Shown here one piece after another: positions 30,273-41,746 of a stretch of 64,000 bases of DNA. Position numbers and translations under genes: made by a program. Under the pieces are notes generated by a model. The model worked only from the letters and a program-made list of their open reading frames with translations, searched no databases and was not told where the DNA came from. Source of the stretch: Gemmatimonadaceae bacterium (GTDB lineage: Bacteria; Gemmatimonadota; Gemmatimonadetes; Gemmatimonadales; Gemmatimonadaceae); contig JANRJP010000096.1 in the NCBI GenBank assembly GCA_033763905.1, forward strand, positions 9,986 to 73,985. The letters are read 5' to 3'. The stretch's first letter is position 1. Every line of letters starts with the position of its first letter.

Positions 30273-30964
30273 TCGGTCTCCGCCGAGAGCTCGTCGAGCT
30301 CGCGGCCCAGCGATTCGATCTGCTCCTGTCGCCGTCGCGCCCATCGTGGCAGCACGACCAGATTGCGCAGAAGCGCCACGCTCCCCATCACGCCAAGGAG
30401 TGCCGGCGACCACCACGGGGCTCCCTCGCCGCCAGCCGCCACGAACGCCGACGACAAGAGGATGGCGACAAGCAACAACAACGCGCCGAGCGCCGGGATC
30501 ACCGACGAGTCGCCGCGTCGCGTCGAGAAGCGCAGGCGATGCCCCTGCGGCGTCGGTTCGAGCACCACGCGGAGGTTGCCGTTGCGCCACTCGCGCAGCG
30601 TGCCTTCGCGAATCAGACGACCTGGCGCGTCAAAGACCTCCCGCAGTCTGACGACCATCCGGTCCCACGCCGCATCCGACACCTGCCGACCCAGCGGCAC
30701 CGTCCGCGCGACGGCCACCGGCAGCCCAAAGCTTCGGCGGATCATCGTCCCCCGGTGATCACCACGCGCCACGGCGGCGGCGGCACGCTCGAGCGCGGCC
30801 GGATCGAGGCCCGCCTCCGAGGCAACCGCCTTCAACTGCGACAGCGTCAGCCCGCGCGCCTCGACGTCAGCACCGGCGTCCACCGCGCGCTCGGCTGATT
30901 CCTGTGCCGCCGCCTCGAGGATGCGGGCAATCTCGTCGTCGGAGAATCGGCGTTCGTGACTCAT
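30257..30964 (-). CDS. Hypothetical membrane protein (two C-terminal TMs)
   Basis: RRFSDDEIARIL...LTLSQLKAVASEAGLDP N-terminus; typical codon usage. Confidence 0.7.
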   Translation of the reverse strand: MSHERRFSDDEIARILEAAAQESAERAVDAGADVEARGLTLSQLKAVASEAGLDPAALERAAAAVARGDHRGTMIRRSFGLPVAVARTVPLGRQVSDAAWDRMVVRLREVFDAPGRLIREGTLREWRNGNLRVVLEPTPQGHRLRFSTRRGDSSVIPALGALLLLVAILLSSAFVAAGGEGAPWWSPALLGVMGSVALLRNLVVLPRWARRRQEQIESLGRELDELSAETDQQTP

Positions 30965-30974
30965 CGAGTGCGCC

Positions 30975-31931
30975 TCAGGGGCACTGCGCCGTGTGCACGG
31001 GCGCGCGACTCCCTTCGCTCAACAGGAGCAGTCGTTGTGGAGACAACCACGTGAGACTTTCGCCTTGTTCCTCGTACAGCGGCAGCAGCGAACAGCGCGC
31101 AATCAACGCGCCGGTGCCGTACGTCGGCGTTGCCTCGAAGACCATCACCTCCGCATAGGTGCGGATTGCCACGCGACGGCGGCCCGAGGCATCGGCGGGA
31201 GACAACGCTGCATCGGTAACCCAGGAGTCCGAAAACCCCTTGATCGGAGTATGCGGAATCGAATCCGTCTCGACGACCGGCACGCTACGCGCTGTCCCCC
31301 AGCTCTCGGGCGGCACGCGGTACAGCAGCGACGGCCGAGCGCTGCCATCCAAACGTCGCATCGGGCGCTTGGTCACGAGCCAGACCGCGGTATCGGGTGC
31401 CACCCACATCGCTTCCACATCGCGCGGCCCGTCAGCAAACGTCACACGGACGGAGTCCGCGGGGCGCGTCACCGTATCGGTCACGGCCGGCTCGCGTACG
31501 CGATAGAGCGTGACGAACACGCGCTTCGCGCCGTTGTCGCCGACGTCACCGACATAGACGCAAGCGCCCTGCGGACAGGGGCCGGCGCCGACCGCTTCCC
31601 AATCGGCATTCCTGGCGCCGACCACGCGCACGCGCCCCAGCGCGGCACCCGTCGAATCGAGCGCGAAGAGCTGCGGCTCATTGCCGCTGTCATTGAGCGA
31701 CCAGATGACCCCACTGGCGCCAACGGTCGCGCCGGACGCCTCGGTCAACGCATCATCCTGCAGCGCGCCCGAACGGCGAGCCGCCGAGACGGGTGCCGCG
31801 TCACCAACAGCCGCCTGCCGACAGCTGGCCAGCGTCGCGAGGCCAAGCGCTGCGGTCAGCACGCGCCGACGCGCGGCGTGACGACGCGCGCACGAGACGG
31901 ACGCGATGGAAGCCGTGGACGGGGAATCCAT
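30975..31931 (-). CDS. Lipoprotein with beta-propeller-like repeats, function unknown
   Basis: LASC lipobox, EASG, NDSG, DWEA, DVGDN, DVEA, QGES motifs. Confidence 0.72.
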   Translation of the reverse strand: MDSPSTASIASVSCARRHAARRRVLTAALGLATLASCRQAAVGDAAPVSAARRSGALQDDALTEASGATVGASGVIWSLNDSGNEPQLFALDSTGAALGRVRVVGARNADWEAVGAGPCPQGACVYVGDVGDNGAKRVFVTLYRVREPAVTDTVTRPADSVRVTFADGPRDVEAMWVAPDTAVWLVTKRPMRRLDGSARPSLLYRVPPESWGTARSVPVVETDSIPHTPIKGFSDSWVTDAALSPADASGRRRVAIRTYAEVMVFEATPTYGTGALIARCSLLPLYEEQGESLTWLSPQRLLLLSEGSRAPVHTAQCP

Positions 31932-31962
31932 ACGCGGAATCTATCGGTTATCCTTTCCTGTG

Positions 31963-34089
31963 ATGGGGTGCGAGACGCGATTTTCCCACCGACTGGGACT
32001 GTCCTTCCGACGGATGGCGGGGATGGTCGTCGGCCTGTTCGCTATCAGCGTTGCACCGAGGCGGGCGCAGGCGCAGCCGTGGGATGCGCCAGCCGCGCGG
32101 CAGCTCGCCGAACGAGCCGCGTTGCGGCGCGGCGATCCCGAGGGCGCCTTCGGCCTCGTGGCGTGGAGCGCCAAAGCCAGAGGCACGCTGGCATTTCTGG
32201 GACAGTTCGGCGACACCGCCCTGATGCGCCCACTGCTGGTGAAGGCTTCGCAGATCGCGGTCGAGGTGTCGTGGCGTTCCCCCGGCATTGCACAGCAACG
32301 GGTGGTCGGCTTGCGGGACACGGCGCTCGCCCCCGGGGACATCGGCTACTACCGCGATCGCTACGGCATCGTGCAAGGGAACTTTCCCGACCAAATCCGG
32401 CTCGGCGAAGGGCGGGACGTCCGCGACATCACGCATCCGTTCTCCTCGGCTGGGCTCTCGCGCTACCGATTTGCGATCGCCGATTCACTCCGACTCGATA
32501 CCGGACGCGAGCAGATCGAGGTGGTGCGGGTCGCGTTCCGCCCACTGCTCGACGACGATGCGTTGGCGGTCGGCGCCGCGTATCTGGATCGTGGCAGCGC
32601 CGAGATCGTGCGGCTTGAACTCACCTTCACGCCGCCGGCCATTCTGGACAAGCGCATCGAGAAGTTGTCCGTCGTCCTCGAGAACGGGCTCGTGGAAGGG
32701 CGGTACTGGCTGCCTCGTCGCCAAGAGGTCGAAGTCCAGCGCGTTGCCACGTGGATCGACGTCCCCGCGCGCGGCATCATTCGCGGGCGTTGGTCGGTCA
32801 GCGACTACCACGTCGTGGCGCGCCAAGACTCGGCTGCGGTGGCGGCGCTTCCTCTGGTCCGGCGAGGCCCGGAACTGACCTTTGCGCCGGCGGACTCGCT
32901 CGCGCGCTTTCCGTTCGACGGTCCGGTACTGGATCCGGTGCAGACGGATGTGCTCGTTGCCGGCGCCGATGCCGTGCGCGACGTGCGGCGGATCGCTGAG
33001 GCCGCGCTGCTCAAGAAACTCGTGCCACCGCAGCCGCGGGCGCGGGCATCGGCGCTGCGCCTCTCGGACCTCGCCAGAGTCACGCGCGTCGAAGGCCTTG
33101 CCCTTGGTGGGGGCGGTGTGGTGCGGATGGTCGGCACATCCACGGTACGTGCGTGGGGACGCTACGGTGTGGCCGACGCGCGGTGGAAGGGCGGCGCCGA
33201 ACTCACGTTGCCGCTGCCGCTCGCCGGTCCCCTTGCCTTGCGCGCAAGCCGAGACTTCCGCGACGCGGGGGACCTCGCAGAGCGATCGTCGATCGTGAAT
33301 TCGTTCGTCGCGCAGGAGTTCGGCGAGGATCTCACCCAACCGGTGGAGAGTCGCGTGGTTGGCGCGCGGCTCACGCTGGGCCGCTTCGCCGAGACCCGCT
33401 GGTCACTCGATGCCACGTGGGGACGCGAACTGCCACTTGCCGTCACCGCGCGACCGGTCACCGGCCAGTTCAACCCGACGCTGGCGGCGCTCGATGCGCG
33501 AGGCTCGAGCGTGTCGCTCATCGCCGAGAGCGCGCCGTGGCGCGTGACCGAGACGCACACGGCCACCGTGCGCGGCGAGCTACGGCATCTGCGTCAGGAC
33601 GCCGCGTTGGGACGGTACAGCGGTTGGCGTGCCACGGCGCAGGCAGAATACCAGGCGCCGCTCGGGGGCGGTACGTTGGTCTCGCATTCTTTCGTGGGCG
33701 TAGTCAGCGGCAGCGCGCGTTCGTTGCCACAGCAGCGCATCCTGTTGGGTGGCCCGGTGAGCGGCCCGGGCTACGGCTTCCACACGTTGGTGGGTGAGGC
33801 GGCGGGTTTCCAGCGCCTTGAATGGCGCCGCGAGGTGCCGTTCGTATCGATCCCGCTCGCGACGTATGGCCGCGTACCGGGCCGTGCCACGGTAGCGCCG
33901 TTCATCCACGCGGTCTGGGTGGATCGCCGCACGGCGTCCGCACTGCCGAGCGGTGGGTGGTACCCATCGCTGGGCCTTGGCTGGGAATTGGCGGGCGGGC
34001 TTCTGCGTGCCGACATCGCGCGCGCGCTGCGCGGCGGCGGTTGGTACCTCGGCCTGGATGTGGGTCGGATGTTCTGGGGGCTGCTCTGA
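31963..34089 (+). CDS. Putative outer-membrane beta-barrel protein
   Basis: AQA signal-peptide site, GRYWLP motif, amphipathic strands at the C-terminus; start uncertain (31906, 31963 or 32014). Confidence 0.65.
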   Translation: MGCETRFSHRLGLSFRRMAGMVVGLFAISVAPRRAQAQPWDAPAARQLAERAALRRGDPEGAFGLVAWSAKARGTLAFLGQFGDTALMRPLLVKASQIAVEVSWRSPGIAQQRVVGLRDTALAPGDIGYYRDRYGIVQGNFPDQIRLGEGRDVRDITHPFSSAGLSRYRFAIADSLRLDTGREQIEVVRVAFRPLLDDDALAVGAAYLDRGSAEIVRLELTFTPPAILDKRIEKLSVVLENGLVEGRYWLPRRQEVEVQRVATWIDVPARGIIRGRWSVSDYHVVARQDSAAVAALPLVRRGPELTFAPADSLARFPFDGPVLDPVQTDVLVAGADAVRDVRRIAEAALLKKLVPPQPRARASALRLSDLARVTRVEGLALGGGGVVRMVGTSTVRAWGRYGVADARWKGGAELTLPLPLAGPLALRASRDFRDAGDLAERSSIVNSFVAQEFGEDLTQPVESRVVGARLTLGRFAETRWSLDATWGRELPLAVTARPVTGQFNPTLAALDARGSSVSLIAESAPWRVTETHTATVRGELRHLRQDAALGRYSGWRATAQAEYQAPLGGGTLVSHSFVGVVSGSARSLPQQRILLGGPVSGPGYGFHTLVGEAAGFQRLEWRREVPFVSIPLATYGRVPGRATVAPFIHAVWVDRRTASALPSGGWYPSLGLGWELAGGLLRADIARALRGGGWYLGLDVGRMFWGLL

Positions 34090-34151
34090 CCGCTCGAGAC
34101 GGGCGAGACGTTCGGACCTGCGTTCCGACGAAACTGAGACGTTTCGTGACT

Positions 34152-34178
34152 TAAGCGAACGCAGCATAAAGCCGAATA
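34152..34178 (+). promoter_or_regulatory. Putative sigma28 (FliA/SigD) promoter
   Basis: TAAG-N15-GCCGAATA upstream of an MCP gene; consensus is TAAA-N15-GCCGATAA. Confidence 0.65.
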
Positions 34179-34257
34179 ACTCAGTCGTATCCCACAACTG
34201 ACGCTGCGGTTCGGCCGACGCTGGCTACCGGGTCCAACACTCAACACCCTCCCAGCT

Positions 34258-36237
34258 ATGCGTGCCCTGCTTCATGCCCCCGTCCGTCGCAAGCTTCAAT
34301 TCGCGCTCATCGTCTCGGCGATCGGCGCCCTCTGCTCACTCGCGCTGGTCTCCGTCCAGGCGTTGCGCAGCGACAGCCACGCCAGCGCCCTCACCGACCG
34401 TCTCCTTCGTGCGGTGGCTCGCAACGGCCGAATGGCTCGAGACTTCGAACGCCAGCGCGTCATCGTGCGCGAGATGCTGATCGCCGACAACGCGTCCGCG
34501 CGTGAATCCGCGCACCGCGAGCTCCTCGCGATTGATGCGCGCCTCGACTCCACCGTCGCGAGCGCACGCGCCCAGAATGCCTCGGACCCACGCGTCGCGG
34601 GCTTGCTCGATCGCCTCGCCGTGCGCCGTGAGTCGGCGCAACGCGTGTGGGACGACCTCGCGCGCGACCTGAGCGACTCATCGGGCGACGAGGTCCTTGC
34701 GTCCTATCGCGATCGACTCGCGGCGTCATCCCTCGCGGTCACCAGCACCGTCGATTCGCTCCAGGACGCGCGACTCGCCGGGGCGCTGGCCGCGTCGGAC
34801 GCACGGACGCGCGCGACGGTGACGTCGCTGATCCTGAGCGCCCTGCTGGCCAGCGTACTGATTGGTCTCGCGCTGTGGATCGGTCGTCGCATCGCACGGA
34901 TGATCACGACGCCGGTGGAGGCCGCCGCCGGTGCGCTCGAACGGCTCGCCGTGGGCGACCTGCGCGCGAGTATCGAGGTTGCAAGCCGCGACGAACTGGG
35001 CCAGATGGGCGACGCGCTCAACAAGGTGATCGCCGCCAGCCGTGAGATGTCGGACGGGATGCGGCGCATTGCAGCGGGCGAACCGGGGGTCCGGTACACC
35101 CCGCGCGACGCCGTCGACGAGGCGGGCCACGCCATCCGTGCGCTCGCCACGACCATCGACACGCTCGTCGCAGAAGTCCAGGAGCGCTGCGACGCGTTCC
35201 GCGAACGACGGACGGCCAATGTCGCACAGACACAGTACGACGGCTCCTTCGCCCAACTGATTGAAGTCACCCAACGCGCCTTCGGCGCTGCGGCGCCCTT
35301 GCACGAGGCCAGCGACGTGCTCAAGCGGGTGGCGGCCCGTGATCTGACCGCGCGGGTGGAAGGCCACTACCCGGGCGACGACGCCGGCCTTGTCCCCGCG
35401 CTCAATGGCGCGCTCGATCAACTCGAAGCGGCCTTGATCGAAGTCGCCGCGTCGGCGGTGCAGGTCGCATCGTCGGCCGAGGAACTCGGGCAGGCCGCCG
35501 ATGCTGTGTCACACGGTGCGCAAGCCCAGGCCGCGTCGGTCGAGGAAATTTCGTCGAGCCTACACGAGCTCACCGCAATGGCCGCCGCGAACGCGAGTGG
35601 TGCCGATGAGGCGCTCCTCGTGGCGACGACCGCCGACAGCGACGCGCAGTCTGGCCTCACGGTGATGCAGAAGGTCGCCGAGGCGATGCAGGTGGTTGAG
35701 CAGAGCGCCCTGGCCAGCCGACGCGTGGCGAAGACGATCGACGAGATCGCGTTCCAGACGAATCTGCTGGCCCTCAATGCGGCGGTTGAAGCCGCACGCG
35801 CCGGCGACGCGGGCCGCGGCTTCGCCGTGGTGGCGGAGGAAGTGCGCGCGCTCGCGACTCGGAGCGCCGAGGCCGCACGAGAGACCACGGCGTTGCTCGA
35901 CCAGAACGTGGCGTCAGCGGCGGCTGGCGCGACGGAGGCTCAGGGGCTCGACCGGCAACTCGGCGCGATCCGAGATGGCGTCGCGACGATTCGCACGGCG
36001 CTTGACGGCGTGCGCGAAGCCAGCGTGCAACAACGCGAGGGCGTGTCGCAGATTCAGTTGGCGGTCGAGCAGGTCAACAGCGTCACGCAACGCGCCGCCT
36101 CCAGCGCCGAGGAGACGGCCGCTACTGGTGCAACACTGGCCCATCAGGCGGAAGAACTCCAGACGCTCGTTGGACGCTTCACCCTGCGGGGCAGCGGAAG
36201 ACCGCTCCCGCGAGCCGCATCCGTTCGGGCGGCCTGA
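34258..36237 (+). CDS. Methyl-accepting chemotaxis protein (four-helix sensor, HAMPs)
   Basis: Two TMs, HAMP (DELGQM), [20 protein letters not shown]...[10 protein letters not shown]. Confidence 0.95.
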   Translation: MRALLHAPVRRKLQFALIVSAIGALCSLALVSVQALRSDSHASALTDRLLRAVARNGRMARDFERQRVIVREMLIADNASARESAHRELLAIDARLDSTVASARAQNASDPRVAGLLDRLAVRRESAQRVWDDLARDLSDSSGDEVLASYRDRLAASSLAVTSTVDSLQDARLAGALAASDARTRATVTSLILSALLASVLIGLALWIGRRIARMITTPVEAAAGALERLAVGDLRASIEVASRDELGQMGDALNKVIAASREMSDGMRRIAAGEPGVRYTPRDAVDEAGHAIRALATTIDTLVAEVQERCDAFRERRTANVAQTQYDGSFAQLIEVTQRAFGAAAPLHEASDVLKRVAARDLTARVEGHYPGDDAGLVPALNGALDQLEAALIEVAASAVQVASSAEELGQAADAVSHGAQAQAASVEEISSSLHELTAMAAANASGADEALLVATTADSDAQSGLTVMQKVAEAMQVVEQSALASRRVAKTIDEIAFQTNLLALNAAVEAARAGDAGRGFAVVAEEVRALATRSAEAARETTALLDQNVASAAAGATEAQGLDRQLGAIRDGVATIRTALDGVREASVQQREGVSQIQLAVEQVNSVTQRAASSAEETAATGATLAHQAEELQTLVGRFTLRGSGRPLPRAASVRAA

Positions 36238-36257
36238 CCCGTGGCGTCGTGGGGGCG

Positions 36258-38672
36258 TCAGTGGGTGTGCGCCGCGCCGAGCACTCGGCCCGCGAGCGCC
36301 ATACCGCTGAGCAACGCCCCCTCGACGCGCGGACCGCCGCACCAGTCGCCGGCCACACCGGCTTGCGCGGCGGTATCCCACACCGCGTCCGTCGGGAGGA
36401 CCGGATCGGGAATGGCGTAGCGCCACCGATGGCCCAGCGAATACGCAACCGCTGGCGCGTCGTCTCCCAGCAGTGTCCGGAAGGCCCGCAGCATCGGTGC
36501 AATCGCCTCGTCGCTGTCGGCCTCCAGCGTCTCCAAGCTGTACGCGCGTGGGGCGTGCAGCACCCACGTCTCATCCGCCGCGTCGCGGCCCGGCTTCGTC
36601 GCGTTCCGCGCCACCCACGCGAGATGCGGATCGTCATTCACAAACGCGGCGTCCCACGACACGCGCGCGGCGCGCTCCAGCACGCACATCACGGCACGAC
36701 ACGGATGAAAGCGCACCTCCGCGCATTGGGCCGCCAGCGCGGGCGCGCCCCCGCGCAGCAGCGCGGCGGCCTGTGGGGCGGGCGCCGTCACGAGCAGCCG
36801 ATCGAACGCGCCGAGCGCGCTCCCCTCGGCGTCGAACAGCGTCCAGCCGGTAGAACTGCGATCCGCGCGCGCGACCGCGGTACCGAGTCGCACCGCGAGG
36901 CCCGCACCAAGGTGACGCCCGAGCGCCGACATCCCCGGCGTGGCCACCCAGCGCGTCACCCCGTCAGACGTGGCGCGCCATCCGGCGGCGTCTCGAACGG
37001 CAATGCGCCCCTGCCACGGCGACAGGAGCCCGGCGTCCACCCAACTCGTCACCCACGCGGTGAGTCGCGGATCACGAAACGTCGCGTACTGCGCGCCGTG
37101 ATCGAACGACCACACGCCCTCTCGGCGAGTCGCGGCGCGTCCGCCGAGTCCGCGCGACTTCTCGAAGACGGTGACCTCCGCGCCGTGATCGTGCAGCGTG
37201 CGCGCGGCGGCGAGTCCGGCGAGCCCCGCACCAATCACGGCGACGCGGCCAACCGTCGGCTGTGTGGGTCGCGACACGTGGTTGGCATAGCGCCCGAGAT
37301 CCAGCCGCGCCCCGTGCTCGCGTGTATCGCGCGGGCGCACCGTCCCGATGACCGGCGCCTCAGGCGCGAACGGGCGATCGAACTGGCCGAGGCACCAGAG
37401 CAATCCGCCGTAGCTTGCGGGATCGCGACCGTCCAAGGCGTAGCGGTGATTGAGATCGATAAGTCGCGCGAGGGTGTCGTCCGCGTCAGCCGACCAGCGG
37501 ATCATTGCCTTGCCCCACGTCATCCGCACGTTGTTGTGCAGCTCTCCGTGCCGGAGCAGACTCTGCTGCGCCGCATCCCACAGCGCATCGCCCGTCCGCC
37601 CCCTCGCGAGTGTCTCCCACGGCAGCCGCTCACGCCAGTCGTTGGCGTGTGCGGCCAGCGTGTCGCGCGCCCAGGCCGGGATCGCCTGCAACGAATGCAA
37701 GTCGCGGGTGTGGTGGCAGAACGCGTAGGCGAGCTCGCGCCACACGAGCAATTCTTCCAACCACTTCGCCGGGCCCGCCCCCGGACGTTCGCTGGCTTCA
37801 CGCGCGAGCGCGAAGGGTGACACCATCCCGTGGTGCAGGTACGGCGACATCCGGCTGACGCCGTCGGCACGTGCCGCATCGTTCCGACGGTCCGCATAGC
37901 GCGCGAGCCCCCCGCCGTCGACGAACGCGCGCCAGCGTGCCGTGCCCGCCACTCGGCCGCCGCGCGTGTCGGAGACCGGCCCCACGGCGTGATCGATGTC
38001 GCACGTCGCGATCAACGTCGCCAGATCGACGCCGCGGACGTCGACGGGCGCGAACGGGAGCGCAAGATCCGCGGTCGGCACCATGGGCGCGACGTCCACC
38101 CAGTGATGGCCGAGCCGAGCCCGTCGCAGGCGTGCGGTCGCGTCCTTGAAGGCAAACGCGCGGTCGAACGCCTTGGGCACCAGCGGCATCGGGACGATGC
38201 AGGCCGTGTCCACGCTCCACACGGCCACCGAGGTGCGTTGGGCGAGTGCCGCCGTCCATTCCCGCAGCGGCGGCACGGGGAGGTGCTCCGTCACGACGAG
38301 CGCCGCATCGTTCGCGAGGGACTGTAGCCACGGCCCACGATGTCCCGGACGCTCGACGTGCGCGACGTAGCGGATGCCACGCGCCTCGTAGTCCGCCGCG
38401 AGGTCCCGCATCGCCTCGAGAATGAACCAGTGATGCCGATCGCTGGCGTACGGGTAGCGCTCGCTCAGGGCGTGGTAGACCAGTACGGGACGGCCGAGCG
38501 CGTTGCCAATCGTCAGGGCGACGTCGAGCGCGGGGTTCTCGGTGGCGCGGCTCGCGGTGCGGGTCCAGTAGAGCACGTAGCGGCCGTCGGGCCGAATGCC
38601 GCGCGCGTTCTGGCGGACGATCCGTTCGTCGAGGTGGGTCGGCAGTGCGGGCAGGTCGGGTGCGGAAGACAT
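36258..38672 (-). CDS. Class II photolyase-like domain fused to renalase-like FAD oxidoreductase
   Basis: N-terminal YVLYW, SRMSPYLHHG, EELLVWREL, HNNVRMTWGK, YALDGRDP; C-terminal GAGLAG, EKSRGLGGR, FDHGAQY, WRYA, GDWC...VEGA. Confidence 0.88.
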   Translation of the reverse strand: MSSAPDLPALPTHLDERIVRQNARGIRPDGRYVLYWTRTASRATENPALDVALTIGNALGRPVLVYHALSERYPYASDRHHWFILEAMRDLAADYEARGIRYVAHVERPGHRGPWLQSLANDAALVVTEHLPVPPLREWTAALAQRTSVAVWSVDTACIVPMPLVPKAFDRAFAFKDATARLRRARLGHHWVDVAPMVPTADLALPFAPVDVRGVDLATLIATCDIDHAVGPVSDTRGGRVAGTARWRAFVDGGGLARYADRRNDAARADGVSRMSPYLHHGMVSPFALAREASERPGAGPAKWLEELLVWRELAYAFCHHTRDLHSLQAIPAWARDTLAAHANDWRERLPWETLARGRTGDALWDAAQQSLLRHGELHNNVRMTWGKAMIRWSADADDTLARLIDLNHRYALDGRDPASYGGLLWCLGQFDRPFAPEAPVIGTVRPRDTREHGARLDLGRYANHVSRPTQPTVGRVAVIGAGLAGLAAARTLHDHGAEVTVFEKSRGLGGRAATRREGVWSFDHGAQYATFRDPRLTAWVTSWVDAGLLSPWQGRIAVRDAAGWRATSDGVTRWVATPGMSALGRHLGAGLAVRLGTAVARADRSSTGWTLFDAEGSALGAFDRLLVTAPAPQAAALLRGGAPALAAQCAEVRFHPCRAVMCVLERAARVSWDAAFVNDDPHLAWVARNATKPGRDAADETWVLHAPRAYSLETLEADSDEAIAPMLRAFRTLLGDDAPAVAYSLGHRWRYAIPDPVLPTDAVWDTAAQAGVAGDWCGGPRVEGALLSGMALAGRVLGAAHTH

Positions 38673-38740
38673 TCCGGGCGTGAACGATCACGGCCGGTCG
38701 GGAGTGCCCAACGCGCAGCCCCCCGAGCGCGAGCGATCGC

Positions 38741-39844
38741 TCAGCGCGGCGCGACGAGCGGGCGGACGTGCTCCACGAGTGCCAGCAGAAAGCGACCGGG
38801 CGCTTCGAGCATTGGCACGTGCGCGGCGTCGTCCAGCGTGACGAAGTGCTTGCGCGGAGCCTGCAGTTGGTCGAAGAACGCCTTCGCGGGTTCGTACGGC
38901 GTGTGCAGATCGTGTCGTCCTTGGATGATTACGACCGGAACCTGCAACCGGGTCGGCAGCGGCGGCGCCGGACGGCCCACCAGGGTGCGCGTCGTCCACT
39001 GCGTGGCCGCGACTTGCGCCGCGACATCTGCGGCCGTGTACTCTGGCGCCCAATCCGGCAGTGAGAAAAACAGGTCGAAATTCGGCTTGCCGTACCAGCC
39101 ACCGTTGAACAGCCGCGCCCATTTGCGCACGAGGAGCACAGAGGACGTCGGCTGCCCGGGCCGCGGATAGGGGGCAATCGAATCGAGCTCGTGCAGCGCC
39201 CGCGTCTCACCGCGCTCCGTGGCCAGTGTCCGCAGGCGCTGATACAAGTAGGCTTCGCCACTGCCACTCACCTGACCGACGCCAACGTATCCAGCGATCC
39301 ACTCCGGACGTCGGGCCGCCAGATGCAGGCCCAGCACGGTGCCATAGGAGTAGCCGAGCACCAGCACGCGCGAGACACCCAGCGTGCCTCGTGTCCACGC
39401 CAGCACCGCCTCGGCGTCTGCGACGAGCGTGTCGGTGGAGAGCGACGGCGTAAGCGCTTCACGGTCGGCGGTCACGGCGTTCTTCCCGACGCCGCGCTGG
39501 TCGAAGTGGACGATCGTGAAGAAGTCCTCCAGCGGCGTCTGCCACGCCCACGCGGTGGGGAGCATCGGAGTCCCCGGCCCCCCGTGCAGCACCAGCACAA
39601 CGGGATTGTCACGGTGCTTCCCGCGAATCGACACCCAGTGCGAGACCCCTCGCACTTGGATCTGCTCCAGCCGTTCGACGCCGTCTGGCGTATGAATGCG
39701 GCGCAGGTCAGCGAGACGACCGACCAGCGTATCACGGGTCCACACCGAAGGGACCGCCTGGGCCTCCGCGGCGACGGTGGCCACGGCAAGGAGGAGTGTG
39801 GCAGCGCCGACGCTTCGCGCGGCGCCTCGAAATGACCAATGCAT
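38741..39844 (-). CDS. Secreted alpha/beta hydrolase (proline iminopeptidase-like)
   Basis: HGGPG, DQRGVG, GYSYG, GRHD, AAH; signal peptide; start at ATG 39844. Confidence 0.85.
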   Translation of the reverse strand: MHWSFRGAARSVGAATLLLAVATVAAEAQAVPSVWTRDTLVGRLADLRRIHTPDGVERLEQIQVRGVSHWVSIRGKHRDNPVVLVLHGGPGTPMLPTAWAWQTPLEDFFTIVHFDQRGVGKNAVTADREALTPSLSTDTLVADAEAVLAWTRGTLGVSRVLVLGYSYGTVLGLHLAARRPEWIAGYVGVGQVSGSGEAYLYQRLRTLATERGETRALHELDSIAPYPRPGQPTSSVLLVRKWARLFNGGWYGKPNFDLFFSLPDWAPEYTAADVAAQVAATQWTTRTLVGRPAPPLPTRLQVPVVIIQGRHDLHTPYEPAKAFFDQLQAPRKHFVTLDDAAHVPMLEAPGRFLLALVEHVRPLVAPR

Positions 39845-39979
39845 ACGACAATACTCGGACTTGGCCCGCCGGTCTCGCCAGCCCGCCGGAGTCATCGGCG
39901 CGCAGATGGGCAGAAAACCATAACCGCCGCTTGGGCCCGTACGCTGTAACTTAGGGCGACACTGACAAGGATTGAGTCG

Positions 39980-41746
39980 ATGCACCGACACTCTCCGCCT
40001 TGGCACCGGCAGCTCGTCCGGCTGGGCCAACGGCGTGCACATATCCTGATCACGCTCTTCTCGATCGTGGCGTCCGTCCTGATGACGGGGGTCTTCTTCA
40101 TCATTTTCGAGGGGACGGCCGAAGACGCGCCCGCCTACTTCATTCCGGCCGTGGTCGTGCCGGCGGTCGTTGCGCCGCTGGCCAGCGGCTGGGTCCTGCG
40201 CCTCGCCTTTGCACTCGAGAGCGCGTACGCGCAACTCGCGGTGCAAACGGCCCAGCTCGAAGCCCTCCTCGCCGCGCTACCCGTCGGCGTGATGGAACTC
40301 AGCCGCGAGCGCGAAATCCGTTCGGCGAATGGCCCGGCCGCGGCCCTGCTCGACCACCGGATCAGCGGCGCTCCGTGGGACGCCATCTTCGTCGACGCCG
40401 ACGCCAAGGCGGCCTTCCTTCGAGAGACCAGCGAGGCGAACCCACCGACGCCAAGCCGCTGGCGCTGGCGCGACCGCGCGGGCCGAGTGCGGGTGGTCGA
40501 TGGCTTCGTCGCGCCCATCGTCCGTGCGAAGACCGTCACCGGCGCAGTGCTCGTGGTCGTCGATGTCACGCAGCGCGATGCGCTCGACCAGGCCCTCGCG
40601 CGGGCGAAGCAGCTGGAGCTTGTCGGCCGTATGGCTGGGGGCTTGGCGCACGACTTCAACAACCTGCTCACCATCGTCCGGGCCAATCTCGTCACGATCC
40701 GCGCTGGCGACACCGGGGCGCCGGTGCAGGCCATCGACGACGCGGCCGCGCGAGGGGCGCGCCTCACCCGCCGCCTGCTCGCCATCTCGGGGCGCGATGT
40801 GCACACACCGGCGCCGCACCCAGTGACGCCGATGATCACCGAGTCGCTCGAATTGCTCTCCCACCTGCTACCGAGCGAGATCCATCTCCTGCGACCAGCG
40901 TCCCTCCCCGCGCTGCGCGTGACGGTGGATCGAGACGCGATCGAACAGGCCCTGCTCAACGTCGTCGTCAACGCCCGAGACGCACTCAGCAGCGGCGGCG
41001 ACATCGCGGTAACTGCCGAGGAGCGCGTGACCGAGGAGCGCCGCTGGTTGGTGATTGGCGTGCGCGACAACGGCGACGGAATGCCCGCCGATGTGCTGGC
41101 TCGCGCCACCGAGCCGTTCTTCTCGACCAAGCCCAGCCACTTGGGCACCGGCCTCGGCCTCTCCCTCGTCCACGAGACGATGGAGCGGCACCACGGTCGG
41201 CTCGTGCTGCACAGCGTCCCCGCCGTCGGGACACTCGTCGAATTGTGGCTCCCTGATCCCGAGCCCATCACGGGCGCCTACGACGGCGTTGACGCCGCCG
41301 CGCCTGCGGCGACGACGGCCGAAGCGGGCGCACCGATCACCTTGTTGCTGGTCGAGGACGAGGCGCCCGTACGCGAAGCGACCGTGCGCATTCTCCGCCG
41401 CGTCGGCTACGAGGTCATCGCCACCGAGAGCGTGGCCGAGGCCCGCACCGTACTCGCCGCCCGCGAGGTGGCGATGGTGTTGTCAGACGTGATGATGCCG
41501 GACGAAACCGGCCTCGACCTCTTGCGCAGCTTGCGCGCCGAGCGGCGCACGATACCGGTCCTGCTCATCTCCGGCTACGCGGCGGACGAGGTCGAACACA
41601 CCATCGCGTCCGATCCGTACACCGCGTTCCTGGCCAAACCCTGGAGTGTCGATGAACTCCAGCGTCGCGTCGCCGAACTCCTGCCCGCCCGTGGCTCGGC
41701 TACGCCACCCGGAGCGGTCGCGCCGATGCCCGCCCGCCCAGGGTGA
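39980..41746 (+). CDS. Hybrid histidine kinase (2 TM-PAS-HisKA-HATPase-REC)
   Basis: [38 protein letters not shown]. Confidence 0.92.
   Translation: MHRHSPPWHRQLVRLGQRRAHILITLFSIVASVLMTGVFFIIFEGTAEDAPAYFIPAVVVPAVVAPLASGWVLRLAFALESAYAQLAVQTAQLEALLAALPVGVMELSREREIRSANGPAAALLDHRISGAPWDAIFVDADAKAAFLRETSEANPPTPSRWRWRDRAGRVRVVDGFVAPIVRAKTVTGAVLVVVDVTQRDALDQALARAKQLELVGRMAGGLAHDFNNLLTIVRANLVTIRAGDTGAPVQAIDDAAARGARLTRRLLAISGRDVHTPAPHPVTPMITESLELLSHLLPSEIHLLRPASLPALRVTVDRDAIEQALLNVVVNARDALSSGGDIAVTAEERVTEERRWLVIGVRDNGDGMPADVLARATEPFFSTKPSHLGTGLGLSLVHETMERHHGRLVLHSVPAVGTLVELWLPDPEPITGAYDGVDAAAPAATTAEAGAPITLLLVEDEAPVREATVRILRRVGYEVIATESVAEARTVLAAREVAMVLSDVMMPDETGLDLLRSLRAERRTIPVLLISGYAADEVEHTIASDPYTAFLAKPWSVDELQRRVAELLPARGSATPPGAVAPMPARPG

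Noticed and set aside
34156..34213. Long stem (CGAACGCAGC...GCTGCGGTTCG) as a c-di-GMP riboswitch before the MCP
   Set aside because: The conserved GGCAAAC/GAAA tetraloop-receptor pattern is absent, and the 5' arm overlaps the predicted promoter.
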